Of a DNA stretch of 42,439 bases, positions 23,648 through 32,743 are shown piece by piece; within the stretch, counting starts at the first letter, position 1, and each line of letters opens with the position of its first letter. Where the stretch lies: positions 1 through 42,439 of the forward strand of contig JAEUHO010000268.1 in assembly GCA_016795345.1 (NCBI GenBank), given 5' to 3'. The notes under the pieces are model-generated. The model made no database searches, was not told the DNA's origin, and saw only the letters and a program-made list of their open reading frames with translations. A program made the translations under genes and the position numbers. The stretch comes from Planctomycetia bacterium (GTDB lineage Bacteria; Planctomycetota; PLA2; JAEUHO01).

Positions 23648-23879
23648 TGACGTCGGACCGTGAGGAGACGCCACGCTCGCTCGTGCGGCGCTTCGGTCGC
23701 TTCGTTGGGCGGCGTCGCAGGAGCAGAGCCGAGAGCGACGCGGGGCGGCGGCAGGGAGCGGTCGAGAGTTCGGGACGGCGAGGCCCGGCGGCCGTTCGTG
23801 TGCCAGCACGGAACCGTGCGGGCCGATGCTCATGGTCACTCGACGTCTACGCTCGGCTCGCGCGTACACCGACACGGCC

Positions 23880-24470
23880 TCAACGCGGCGCACGCAGCGA
23901 GGCCATGGCGCGGATCGTCCCGGCGAGGCTGGGGCTCCGAAGCGCGGCGCGATCGGGAACCCAAGCCGTACCCACGAACTCGAGCAGCGTCGAGACGTAG
24001 CCGGGGCCCACGGCTACTGCGGAGCCCGCCGGCGGCGGAACGCCCTCGCGGATGTGGCGGTGCGTGGACTCTCGGCAGAGGTTCAGCAACGTCTCCTTCG
24101 GCCGGGCGAGCGACTCGGGCTGGACCGGAATCCGAGGCGCGCTGACGCCGAAGAAGGCGCCGAACGCTACGTGATCCGCAAGAAGCCAACTCTCGACGCT
24201 CCTGACCGCGATCCGGAGACGAAAGGAAGCCGTCGGAGTCTCCGAGAGCGAGCGAAGGAAGGACGGCGCACACTCCGCGCTCTGGTCGAGATCCCAGACG
24301 ACCAGCCAGGGTGAATGCCGTGCCGCCTCGGCGTAGGCTCGGAGTTTCGCGAGCAGTTTCTCGCGGCCACGGGCCGGGTACGCGCGACCGACCACGACGC
24401 CGACGTGCGCGGCCACCCGGCGAAGGACGGCGTCGTCCGTCTGACCTTCTACCGCGATGCTAATCTCCAT
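23880..24470 (-). CDS. Small Toprim-like protein (DUF4276/DUF4435-style), partner of the upstream ATPase
   Basis: 196 aa. The N-terminus MEISIAVEGQTDDAVLRRV supplies the Toprim-type strand plus catalytic Glu. SPWLVVWDLDQ is a DxD-type acidic motif. The ATG at 24468-24470 overlaps the ATPase gene's 3' end by 11 nt. Confidence 0.65.
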   Translation of the reverse strand: MEISIAVEGQTDDAVLRRVAAHVGVVVGRAYPARGREKLLAKLRAYAEAARHSPWLVVWDLDQSAECAPSFLRSLSETPTASFRLRIAVRSVESWLLADHVAFGAFFGVSAPRIPVQPESLARPKETLLNLCRESTHRHIREGVPPPAGSAVAVGPGYVSTLLEFVGTAWVPDRAALRSPSLAGTIRAMASLRAPR

Positions 24471-25620
24471 CGTCCGGTGCGTCCGAGAAGAGCGACAGTT
24501 GCTCTAGGCGCCGCGGCGCGGTGGCGGGGACCACTGCTTCGGCCAGGGACGCTCCACCAGCGATCAGCGCGGCGATCTCCTTGTCGTCCGCGCTTACGGC
24601 GACGTCGGTTCCGTTGTCCGTCGGGCTGAGGAGCAGGACCTCTTCAGGGGCGATGCCCTCGTCCACGAGCAGATCTGGAGAGTGCGTGCTGACGATCACT
24701 TGGCGCCCCCGCTTGCGCGTGAGACGCCAGAACATCGCCGGCAGCAGACGGACGACGGCTGGATGCAACGACAGTTCCGGTTCCTCGAGCAGCAGCGGGC
24801 CCGACCCATCCGAGAGTGCCCAGAGGAGGCCGATGAGGCGAAGGGTCCCGTCGGAGAACTGGTCCTCCGACTGCCAACCGGCGCCCGGACGCCAGTGCTC
24901 ATACCGCGCCCGAAGGTGCGGGCGCCCGGCGACGTCGCGGTCAACGCTCAGACTCGCGAACTGAGGAACCGCGACGCGCAGGGCTTCCCCGATGCGCGCG
25001 AGTCTCTGCTCGAGTCGTCGTGGATCGCGAGCCTTCATGTGCGCCAGTTGTTCGAGGAAGTCGGCTCCGAACGGATCCTGTTCGACCCGGCGGACGCGTT
25101 CGGGTTCACGGATCAGGTGCGGCACGAGATGCAGGTACCGGATGCTTGCGAGGGCTTCTGCGACCGCGCGAAACCGCACGTTGGCGCTGGTGCTCTCGAG
25201 GTGGGTCTCCGTCAGGCGTTTCGGGTCGCCGGCATCCTGGGCGTCCGGCCTCGAGTCGATCAACTCGTCCCCATGCCAGACGCGCTCCTGCTTCACCACC
25301 GGGATCTCGTTGTTGTCCTGGCTGAACCGGAGTTCGTAAGTCCACTGGTCGGTCTCTGCAAACTCGATCGCGACGCGGATACAGACGTCCGAGGGTTGCC
25401 GTGCGTGAAGGCACCGAATGGCGGACAGCCCTCCCCGAACCGAGACCGCGCGCTGGAACGTGCCTTCGGGATGCGCGACGTCGCGCAGGAAGCGAAAGGC
25501 ATCGAGGAGATTCGACTTGCCCGACGCATTCGGTCCGGCGAGGAAAACTCGACGGCGGAGCGCAACGTCGACGGTTCGGAAGTTCCGCCAGTTCTCGAGG
25601 AAGATGTGCAGGAACCGCAT
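24460..25620 (-). CDS. ABC/SMC-like ATPase (AAA_15/AAA_21-type), OLD/AriA/GajA-like N-terminal module
   Basis: 386 aa. MRFLHIFLENWRNFRTVDVAL..VFLAGPNASGKSNLLDAFRFL carries the Walker A at residues 29-36. GTLRLIGLLWAL is signature-like. LLLEEPELSLHP is the Walker B/D-loop and VIVSTHSPDLL the H-loop. Confidence 0.8.
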   Translation of the reverse strand: MRFLHIFLENWRNFRTVDVALRRRVFLAGPNASGKSNLLDAFRFLRDVAHPEGTFQRAVSVRGGLSAIRCLHARQPSDVCIRVAIEFAETDQWTYELRFSQDNNEIPVVKQERVWHGDELIDSRPDAQDAGDPKRLTETHLESTSANVRFRAVAEALASIRYLHLVPHLIREPERVRRVEQDPFGADFLEQLAHMKARDPRRLEQRLARIGEALRVAVPQFASLSVDRDVAGRPHLRARYEHWRPGAGWQSEDQFSDGTLRLIGLLWALSDGSGPLLLEEPELSLHPAVVRLLPAMFWRLTRKRGRQVIVSTHSPDLLVDEGIAPEEVLLLSPTDNGTDVAVSADDKEIAALIAGGASLAEAVVPATAPRRLEQLSLFSDAPDDGD

Positions 25621-25761
25621 TCGCGTTGCTCGCCGGAGAGCGGGAAGTCTATCACGCGGTCGGCCGAGCGGGCTCGATGCTGGCGGCTGGCGGTGACCAC
25701 CGGCCGGTTGACCCGGGAGGACGCCGCGAGGCCCGTACGGGCCAAGTACGGGTCGTCCCGA

Positions 25762-27096
25762 TCAACGTGAGGGCTCCGGATGCGGTCTGGCGGGTGAAGT
25801 TCCCGAGATGGCGCGAGGCGCGGCGAGGAAGCGGCGCTCGACGAGGGTGTGGAAGGGGAGCGCGACCAGGAAACAGGCGGCGACCGTCGCCGCGGCGGAG
25901 GCGTAGAGGAGCGGACCGTGGGCCAGCGCCCGCGGGACGACGAGGCCCGCCACGAGCATCACCACCGGGAAGTGCGTCAGGTAGAGCGAGTAGGAGCGCT
26001 CGCCGACCCAGGCGAGCCCGCGACCGAGGGGGGACGAGGCCAGCCGGTCGTCGTGGGGGAAGAGCGCCACGAGGAGCGCCGCGAACGCCAGGCAGACGAG
26101 CGAGGTCTTCGCATCCTGCGGGAACCCGTCGCCGCCCACGCGGAAGGCGAGCACGTACGCCGCGACGGCCGCGACGAGGCCGACGTCGAGGAGGAGGCGG
26201 TCGCGGCGCGTCGGGGCCGACGTGAGCCGCGCGTGGACCCAGAGGCCGCAGAGGAAGTCGGGCCAGAGGTCGAGGAGGAAACCCCGCGGGCGCAGCGAAG
26301 GCACCGCGCGCACGAGCACCGCCGCCGCGGTCGTCGCGACGGTCGCGACGACGCGGGTACGGCGACCGCGCGCCACCCACGCGAACGCCACCCACGCGTA
26401 GAACGGCACCTCGTAGCAGAGCGACCAGAGCGGGCCGTTGGCCCCGTAGTCGGGGTCGATGCCGAACGTCTTGAGCGACGTCTCGACGAGCAGCAGGCTC
26501 GAGAGCCAGTGCCAGCCCGCCGCGAACGGGTCGAAGAGACGCGCCGAGAGGCCCGCGGCGGCGAGCCCGGCCACGACGAGCCCGATCGCCGCCGCGAGCG
26601 CCGTCGCGGCCCAGAACGTCGGGAAGATGCGCCGGGCGCGCCGGCGGAGGAAGGTCGCGGCGGCCGCCGGGCCTCGCGTGCCCCGCGCCGCGGCCGCGAT
26701 GCAGGCCCCGCTCACCACGAAGAAGAGCTGCACGCCCAGGAAGCCCCACTGCTCGAGCCACCGCAGCGGCCGGTACGCGAGGCCCGCGTGCGAATCGCCG
26801 AGCAACACGCCGCCTGGAGCCCATTCCAATGGCCTCCCTGCTGCGCCCGGCGATCCTCTCGCTGCGGCGGGCTTGCTAGCCGATCAGCCCCTCAACGGGT
26901 CAGGAACCCGTCTCCGGGGCTTCTCGGCTGCGCTTGCCCGCCTCGCGTCGGTCTCGCCGGGCTCGCGACGGGCACCATTGGAATGGGCTCCTGGGTGGAA
27001 CCCGAGGACCGCGAGGCACGCGACGCCGCGCCACGCGTCGAGCGACGCGTAGCGCCACGGGGCGGCGGGCGGCGGGGACGGGGCCGCGGCGGGCAT
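25762..27096 (-). pseudogene. Acyltransferase family 3 (OafA-like) gene interrupted by a MITE insertion
   Basis: The N-terminal fragment (27096 down to 26884) reads MPAAAPSPPPAAPWRYASLDAWRGVACLAVLGFHP, then runs into element sequence and a stop. The C-terminal fragment is ORF 25762..26829 (TTG inside the element, then GGVLLGDSH...WGFLGVQLFFVVSG...). Removing 177 bp restores one in-frame ~385-aa acyltransferase-3 protein with about 10 hydrophobic helices. Confidence 0.8.
26818..26994. mobile_element. MITE-like palindromic insertion (172 bp plus 5-bp target-site duplication)
   Basis: Perfect 15-bp terminal inverted repeats are AGCCCATTCCAATGG (26818-26832) and CCATTGGAATGGGCT (26975-26989). 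They are flanked by the direct repeat CCTGG (26813-26817 and 26990-26994). The interior is largely self-complementary, with the dyad centre at the ACGGGT/ACCCGT stem (26895-26911). Confidence 0.8.
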
Positions 27097-27184
27097 CGAG
27101 GGAGTGTGGCCCCGGGCCGGGCCGCCCGCCAACCCCGCGGCGAGGGCCTGGGAGGGACCCGCCCCGCCCGGTAGGCTCGTCGCC

Positions 27185-28756
27185 GTGGCGATCAAGACCT
27201 CGTTCCGCACGAAGCTCGTGCTCGCGTTGTGCGGGCTGTCGTTCCTGACGGCGGCCGTCGTGCTCCACGCGGCGTGGCGGCGCGCCCGCGAGTCGCAGAT
27301 CGACAACCTGCGCCGGCTGCTCGAGGCCGTCGCCGCCGCCGTCGCGCCGACCATCGACGGCGACGCCCACGCGGCGTTCGACCCGACGCAGGTCGGCGCG
27401 GCGACGCAGCCGTACGAAGTCGAGCTGCGGAAGCTCGGCGCGCGGGTGCGGGCGGCGCACGCGCGGTTCAAGGAGGTCTACACCCTCGGGCACCTCGAGG
27501 GCCCCGGCCCCGGCAAGGGCCGGCTCGTGCTCGCCGAGAAGGACGACGAGCTCGGCAAGGTGTACGACTACGCGCGCTTCCCCGCCATGGTGAAGGCGCT
27601 CGGCGGCCCCGCGTCGGACGACGACCTCACCGAGGACGAGTACGGCGTGACGCTCTCGGGGTACGCGCCCATCAAGGACCGCGCGGGCCGCACCGTCGGC
27701 CTCCTCGGCATCGACGTGGACGCGGAGACCGTCGCGGCGATGCGCGAGCGCCTCCTCGGGATCCTGGCGCTCGGCGTGCTCGGCGCGGCGCTCTTCTCCG
27801 GCGCGCTCGGGTTCCTCCTCGCGTCCCGCATCAGCCGCCCCGTCCGCGTGCTCTCCGAGGCGATGGACCGCGTGGCCGCGGGCGACCTCGGCACGCGCGC
27901 GCACTGGCTCGGCGCCGACGAGTTCGGCCGGCTGTCGCAGAACTTCAACCGGATGGTCGAGGGCCTCGAGGAGCGGCAGCGGCTCAAGCAGTCCCTCGCC
28001 CTCGCCATGGAGATCCAGCAGAACCTGCTGCCCGCGGGGCCGCCCACCGTCACCGGCGTGGACGTCGCCGGGTTCTCCGACTACTGCGACGAGACCGGCG
28101 GCGACTACTTCGACTACCCGCGCACGTGGGAGGTGCCCGGCGGCCGCGTCGCGTTGACCGTCGGCGACGTGACCGGCCACGGCATCGGCGCCGCGCTCCT
28201 CATGTCGACGGGCCGCGCCGTCCTGCGCAGCCACGCGGAGCGCGACGTCGCGCCCGGCCAGATGCTCGGGCCCGGCGAGCTGCTCGGCGTCGTGAACCGC
28301 CACCTCGCGCACGACGCGACGTCGGGCAAGTTCATGACGCTCTTCTACGGCGTCCTCGACCCCACGGACGGCACGCTCGTGTACGCGAACGCGGGCCAAG
28401 GCGGGTGCTTCGTCCTGCACGCGGAGGACGGCCGGTTCGAGGAGATGCCCGCGGGCGCGCCGCCCGCCGGCGTCGTGGACGGCATCACCTTCCCCGAGGC
28501 CCGCGTCGAGCACGTCCGCCCGCCGGACGTCATCGTGCTCGCGACCGACGGCGTCTGGGAGACCATGGACGCGCAGGGCGCGCAGTTCGGCTACGAGGGC
28601 ATCGAACGCGTCGTGCGCGCGCACGCGCACGGCACCGCCCGCGAGATCGCCGACGCGGTCCGCGTCGCCGTCGAGGCCCACCGCGGCGACGGCGCGCAGG
28701 CCGACGACGTGACCCTCGTCATCGCGAAGCTGCTGCCGCGCCGCGTCACGACCTGA
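27185..28756 (+). CDS. Membrane sensor PP2C/SpoIIE-family serine phosphatase with periplasmic Cache-like and HAMP domains
   Basis: From ORF 27104..28756(+). In-frame GTG 27185 (VAIKTSFRTKLVLALCGLSFLTAAVV) is preferred over GTG 27104, which would leave no promoter space. The HAMP region is RPVRVLSEAMDRVAAGDLGTRAHWLGADEFGRLSQNFNRMVEGL. The SpoIIE/PP2C motifs are IQQNLLP...GGDYFDY...VGDVTGHGIGAALLMS...TDGVWE. Confidence 0.85.
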   Translation: MAIKTSFRTKLVLALCGLSFLTAAVVLHAAWRRARESQIDNLRRLLEAVAAAVAPTIDGDAHAAFDPTQVGAATQPYEVELRKLGARVRAAHARFKEVYTLGHLEGPGPGKGRLVLAEKDDELGKVYDYARFPAMVKALGGPASDDDLTEDEYGVTLSGYAPIKDRAGRTVGLLGIDVDAETVAAMRERLLGILALGVLGAALFSGALGFLLASRISRPVRVLSEAMDRVAAGDLGTRAHWLGADEFGRLSQNFNRMVEGLEERQRLKQSLALAMEIQQNLLPAGPPTVTGVDVAGFSDYCDETGGDYFDYPRTWEVPGGRVALTVGDVTGHGIGAALLMSTGRAVLRSHAERDVAPGQMLGPGELLGVVNRHLAHDATSGKFMTLFYGVLDPTDGTLVYANAGQGGCFVLHAEDGRFEEMPAGAPPAGVVDGITFPEARVEHVRPPDVIVLATDGVWETMDAQGAQFGYEGIERVVRAHAHGTAREIADAVRVAVEAHRGDGAQADDVTLVIAKLLPRRVTT

Positions 28757-28897
28757 CGTCGGGCGCGCGCGGCGACCGGGCCTCGCCGTCCCGGGCACCC
28801 GACCGCGCGGTCCGCGACCGCGGGCGCCGCGCGGGCCGGGGGCGCGACCCGCCGGCGGACGACCGCGAGGCCCGGCGGCCCGCGGGGCGGCGGTCGT

Positions 28898-30106
28898 TCA
28901 GCGCGTGAGCGTGAACGCGTCGATGACGACGCCGTCGGCGCGACGGACGGTGACCGCGAGCGACGTCGGCGTCGCGACGACCTCGAGCCCGTGGAACGCC
29001 ATCACCGACGTCGCCGTGAGCGCCCGGCGGCCCACGGGCGTCAGCTCGGCGCCGCCGCCGCCGCTGACGACGTAGACCGGGCCCGACGGGTCCGCATAGG
29101 CGGGGCCGCCCGACGTGTCGGTCGCCGCGCCCGCGAGGACGGGATGCGTGCGCTCGTAGTCGTGGTCGTGGCCGGCGAGCACGAGGTCGACGCCGCGCGC
29201 GTCGAGGACGGGTCCGAGGCTCGCGGCGAGGCCGGGCGTGTCGCCGTGCTCGCCGGACGAGTAGACGAGGTGGTGGAACGCGACGACGCGCCACGGCCGC
29301 GACGTCGCGGCGAGGTCGCCGTCGAGCCACGCGCGCTGCGCGCTCGACGCGGAGAGGTCGGCGTTGCTGTCGAGGACGGCGAGGTGGACCGGGCCGACGT
29401 CCACCGCGTAGTAGCGCTCGGAGCCGTCGCGGACGTTCGTGGGCAGCGGGACGGCCCCGAGCAGCGCGGCGCCGCCCGCCGTGCGGACGTCGTGGTTGCC
29501 GAGGACCGTGAAGGTCGGCGTGCGGGCGAGAAGCGCGGCGTACGGCACGAGCAGGCCGGCGCGCTGGTCGGCCTCGGTGCCGTCGTCGTAGCCGAGGTCG
29601 CCGAGGAGCAGCAGCGCGTCGGGGTCCGTCGCGGCGAGGACGTCGCGGACGGCGCGCGCGCTCGCGGTGCCGGTGCCGACGTCGCCCGCGACGGCGAGGC
29701 GCGCCGTGTCGGTCGCGCCGGGGAGCGTGCGGACGGCGTGGTCGCCGCCGAGGGGCTGCCCGTCGGCGAGGAGGCGGAAGTGGCGCGTGACGCGAGGCCC
29801 GGCGGCCGGCAGCGCGAGCTCGTGGTCGGTGGTCGGCGAGGACTCGGCGACCACCGCGCCGTACGACGGGGTCGGGCCGAACTCGACGGCGCCGACCGAC
29901 GGGGCGGCGGTGCGCCACGCGACGACCAGGGTGCCCGGCGACGGCGCGCCCACGACGGGGCCGTGGACGACGCCCGCCGGGAACGGCGACGGCTCGGCGC
30001 CGCCGCCGCCCCCGCCGCCGCACGCGGCGAGGAGGACGACGGCCGCGAGCGCGAGGGCGCGGCCCGGCAGGCGGAGGCGACGGGGCACGGGCATCGCCTC
30101 CATCAT
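28898..30106 (-). CDS. Lipoprotein, calcineurin-like metallophosphoesterase (purple-acid-phosphatase-like)
   Basis: 402 aa with lipobox VVLLAACGGG and an N-terminal FN3-like segment (LVVAWRTAAPSVGAVEFG). Metallophosphoesterase motifs are AVAGDVG, LLLGDLGYDDG, VLGNHD, HHLVYSSGEHG and LAGHDHDYER. Confidence 0.88.
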   Translation of the reverse strand: MMEAMPVPRRLRLPGRALALAAVVLLAACGGGGGGGAEPSPFPAGVVHGPVVGAPSPGTLVVAWRTAAPSVGAVEFGPTPSYGAVVAESSPTTDHELALPAAGPRVTRHFRLLADGQPLGGDHAVRTLPGATDTARLAVAGDVGTGTASARAVRDVLAATDPDALLLLGDLGYDDGTEADQRAGLLVPYAALLARTPTFTVLGNHDVRTAGGAALLGAVPLPTNVRDGSERYYAVDVGPVHLAVLDSNADLSASSAQRAWLDGDLAATSRPWRVVAFHHLVYSSGEHGDTPGLAASLGPVLDARGVDLVLAGHDHDYERTHPVLAGAATDTSGGPAYADPSGPVYVVSGGGGAELTPVGRRALTATSVMAFHGLEVVATPTSLAVTVRRADGVVIDAFTLTR

Positions 30107-30189
30107 CGGCGCGGCGGCGGGCGGTGCCAGCGTCGTCGCGGCGGGGAGCGTGCCCGGGGGCCCCGGCGGCGTGGTGGAATCGCGCGCCC

Positions 30190-31062
30190 ATGACGCCCGC
30201 CGCCCCCGACGACCGTCCGCGTGCCGACTCGCCGACCGCGGTCGCGGACCGCATCCTCGCGGAGGCGCGCGCCCCGCGCCGCCCGCGACGGATCGCGTGC
30301 CTCACGGAGGAGACGGTCGAGATCCTGTACGGGCTCGGCGCCGGCGACCTCGTCGTCGGCGTGAGCAAGTACGTCGAGCGGCCGCCGGAGGCGAAGCGGA
30401 AGCCGCGGGTGTGCGCGTTCGTGAAGGCCGACTTCGAGGCGGTGGCGGCGGTGGAGCCGGACCTCGTGCTCTGCTTCAGCGACCTGCAGGCGGAGATCGC
30501 CGCGGAGTGCGCGCGGCGCGGCATGAACGTCGTCGTGTTCAACCAGCGCAGCGTCGCGGAGATCCTCGGCGTGGTGCTCGCCGTCGGCGGGCTCGTGGGC
30601 CTCGAGGCGCGGGCGCGGGCGATGGTGGAGGCGCTGACCGCGCACGTGGGGGCCGTGGCGGAGCGGGCCTCGCGTCTCCCGAGGCGGCCGCGTGTCCATG
30701 TCGAGGAGTGGGACGAGCCGCTCATCACGGGGATCCGCTGGGTGGCCGAGGTCGTCGAGCTGGCGGGCGGCGCCTACCTCTTCCCGGAGCGCGCGGCGGG
30801 GGCGGCGGCCAAGGAGCGGATCGTCGCGCCGGAGGAGGTCGTCGCGCGGGATCCCGAGGTGATCCTGGCGTCGTGGTGCGGGAAGACGGTGCGGCTCGAC
30901 GCGATCCGGGGGCGACCCGGCTGGGACCGGACGGCGGCGGTGCGCGCGGGACGGGTGTTCGACGTGTCGCCGACGATCCTGCTCCAACCGGGGCCGGCGG
31001 TGCTGACGGACGGCCTCGACGAGGTGCACCGACTCATCGCGGGGGCCGTCGCGGGCCGATAG
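30190..31062 (+). CDS. Periplasmic-binding-protein type 2 (BtuF/cobalamin- or iron-siderophore-binding-like), no obvious signal peptide
   Basis: In-frame ATG 30190 within ORF 30124..31062. RIACLTEETVEILYGLGAGDLVVGVSKY...DLVLCFSDLQ...VHVEEWDEPLITGIRWVAEVVELAGG matches the Peripla_BP_2 layout. Confidence 0.7.
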   Translation: MTPAAPDDRPRADSPTAVADRILAEARAPRRPRRIACLTEETVEILYGLGAGDLVVGVSKYVERPPEAKRKPRVCAFVKADFEAVAAVEPDLVLCFSDLQAEIAAECARRGMNVVVFNQRSVAEILGVVLAVGGLVGLEARARAMVEALTAHVGAVAERASRLPRRPRVHVEEWDEPLITGIRWVAEVVELAGGAYLFPERAAGAAAKERIVAPEEVVARDPEVILASWCGKTVRLDAIRGRPGWDRTAAVRAGRVFDVSPTILLQPGPAVLTDGLDEVHRLIAGAVAGR

Positions 31063-31279
31063 GGGGGGACCGGGGCGGGGCCCTCCGCCGGCCGGGCGGG
31101 TGTTCGTGTCCCGTCCGGGCCGCGGAAGCGAGACCGCTTCAGTTCAAGGGGAGCGCACGTCGATAGCGACTCGGCGTCCCCGGGTTCGGAACCCGCCGGG
31201 GGTGCCCACCCCCGGGTGTGCCGGGGGCGTCCGCCTTCCTGTCGCGCGGGCTAGAGTCCCCTCGGACGCGTGCGCAGGG

Positions 31280-32725
31280 ATGCGGTGGGTTCCGCGAGGT
31301 CCCGCCGTGCTCGCCGACTCCCCTGCGTCCCCCCGTCCGGCCGTCCGACGGGCTCCGCGTCGCCGCGCCACCCGCCTCGCTCCCCGCGGCATCGCGCTCC
31401 TGTGGGCCATGCTCGCCGCCATGCTCGTGGCGGGGATCGTCGTCGCGGGCACCCACAGCCAGCTCGCGGTGGACCGCATGGGCGACGCCGAGTTCGCCGC
31501 CGAGGGCCAGGCCCGCGCGGTCGCCGAGGCCGGGCTCATCGACGCGCTCGCGTGGTTCCGCCGCCAGCAGACGCAGCCCGTGACGACGTTCGCGCCGCAG
31601 CGCAACCTCGCGCTCAACCCGGTCGTCAACGAGACCGACGACCCCGCGATCGGCCTCGTGCGCGAGTACGAGATCATGCCGTCGCTGTGGGGGCGGTACG
31701 AGGTGCGCAAGCCCGTCGCCGCCGAGGCGTGGACCGACACCAACGCGAACGGTCGCTACGACTACGGCGAGACGTTCACCGACACCGACGGCGACGGCAA
31801 ACGCGACCCGGCCCGCGAGACGCGCGACGTGTCCACCGAGCGCGGGTTCGCGGGCGCGGGCACGGTGTGGCGCATCGTCGCCCACGGCCGCGTGTACCGC
31901 CGCCGCGACGCGGCGCAGCCGCTCGGGTCGGCGGTGAACCCGCGGCTCGCCGGCGTGACCGTGGCGGCGGAGATCCGCCGCTTCGTGATGGTGCCGCCCG
32001 CGGTGGCGGCGCTGTGCGTGAAGACGGCCTCGACGACGGTGATCGGCACCCGCACGCGCATCGTGGGCGGCAGCAAGGGCGGGCTCATCAACAAGTCGAG
32101 CACCGGGACGGCGAACACGACCGGCGCCGAGATCACGGGCACGCCGGCCAAGGGCACGATCACGTCGTACGACGACACGACGGAGACGATGTTCGGCGTC
32201 ACGCTGCCCGAGCTGAAGGCCATGGCCGACGCGTCGTGGGCGTCGGCGGCGAACTTCCCGAAGAAGATCGGCGACTTCACGCTGAACGTCGTCCCGGGCC
32301 CGATCACGTTCGACGACGCGCGGCCGCTGCGCGGCACGGGCATCGTCGTCGTCGACGGCAACGCGACCTTCAACGCCGGCAACAACTCGTTCTTCAACGG
32401 CATGCTCGTCGTGCGCGGCAACCTGACGCTGCGCGCGCCGGTGTACTTCCGCGGGACCGTGGTCGTGACCGGCGCCGTCGACATGTCGGGCACCGGCGGC
32501 GACTACAGCGAGCTCAACTACGACGCCAACATCCTGACCGAGGTGCTGACGATCCTCGGCCAGTACCGCTTCTCGACCGCGACGTACCTGCAGGCCAACG
32601 TCCTGCCGGACGGCACGCCGGACGAGGAGGACCTCGTCTACCTGCAGCACCAGGGGAAGACGCTGCCCGGGACGCCGATGCCCTCGGCGCTCGACGACAG
32701 CCTCCCGCCCCCCGGCATGAGCTGA
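31280..32725 (+). CDS. PilX/GspK-like minor (pseudo)pilin-type protein
   Basis: In-frame ATG 31280 within ORF 31100..32725; the start is uncertain. The hydrophobic N-terminal helix RGIALLWAMLAAMLVAGIVVAG is followed by AEGQARAVAEAGLIDALAWF (PilX_N/GspK-like). There is one D-x-N/D-x-N/D-G pair (TDTNANGRYDYGETFTDTDGDGKRD). The C-terminus is beta-helix-like: VVVDGNATFNAGNNSFFNGMLVVRGNLTLRAPVYFRGTVVVTGAVDMSG. Confidence 0.6.
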   Translation: MRWVPRGPAVLADSPASPRPAVRRAPRRRATRLAPRGIALLWAMLAAMLVAGIVVAGTHSQLAVDRMGDAEFAAEGQARAVAEAGLIDALAWFRRQQTQPVTTFAPQRNLALNPVVNETDDPAIGLVREYEIMPSLWGRYEVRKPVAAEAWTDTNANGRYDYGETFTDTDGDGKRDPARETRDVSTERGFAGAGTVWRIVAHGRVYRRRDAAQPLGSAVNPRLAGVTVAAEIRRFVMVPPAVAALCVKTASTTVIGTRTRIVGGSKGGLINKSSTGTANTTGAEITGTPAKGTITSYDDTTETMFGVTLPELKAMADASWASAANFPKKIGDFTLNVVPGPITFDDARPLRGTGIVVVDGNATFNAGNNSFFNGMLVVRGNLTLRAPVYFRGTVVVTGAVDMSGTGGDYSELNYDANILTEVLTILGQYRFSTATYLQANVLPDGTPDEEDLVYLQHQGKTLPGTPMPSALDDSLPPPGMS

Positions 32726-32743
32726 GCCGAACGGAGCCCCCCC

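Noticed and set aside
31130-31205. tRNA-like T-arm (CCGGGTTCGGAACCCG) and a possible D-arm (GCTTCAGTTCAAGGGGAGC) upstream of the PilX-like gene
   Set aside because: I could not build a 7-bp acceptor stem or a 5-bp anticodon stem around them. U8 and the spacing do not fit a cloverleaf, so the resemblance is probably fortuitous. tRNAscan-SE would settle it.
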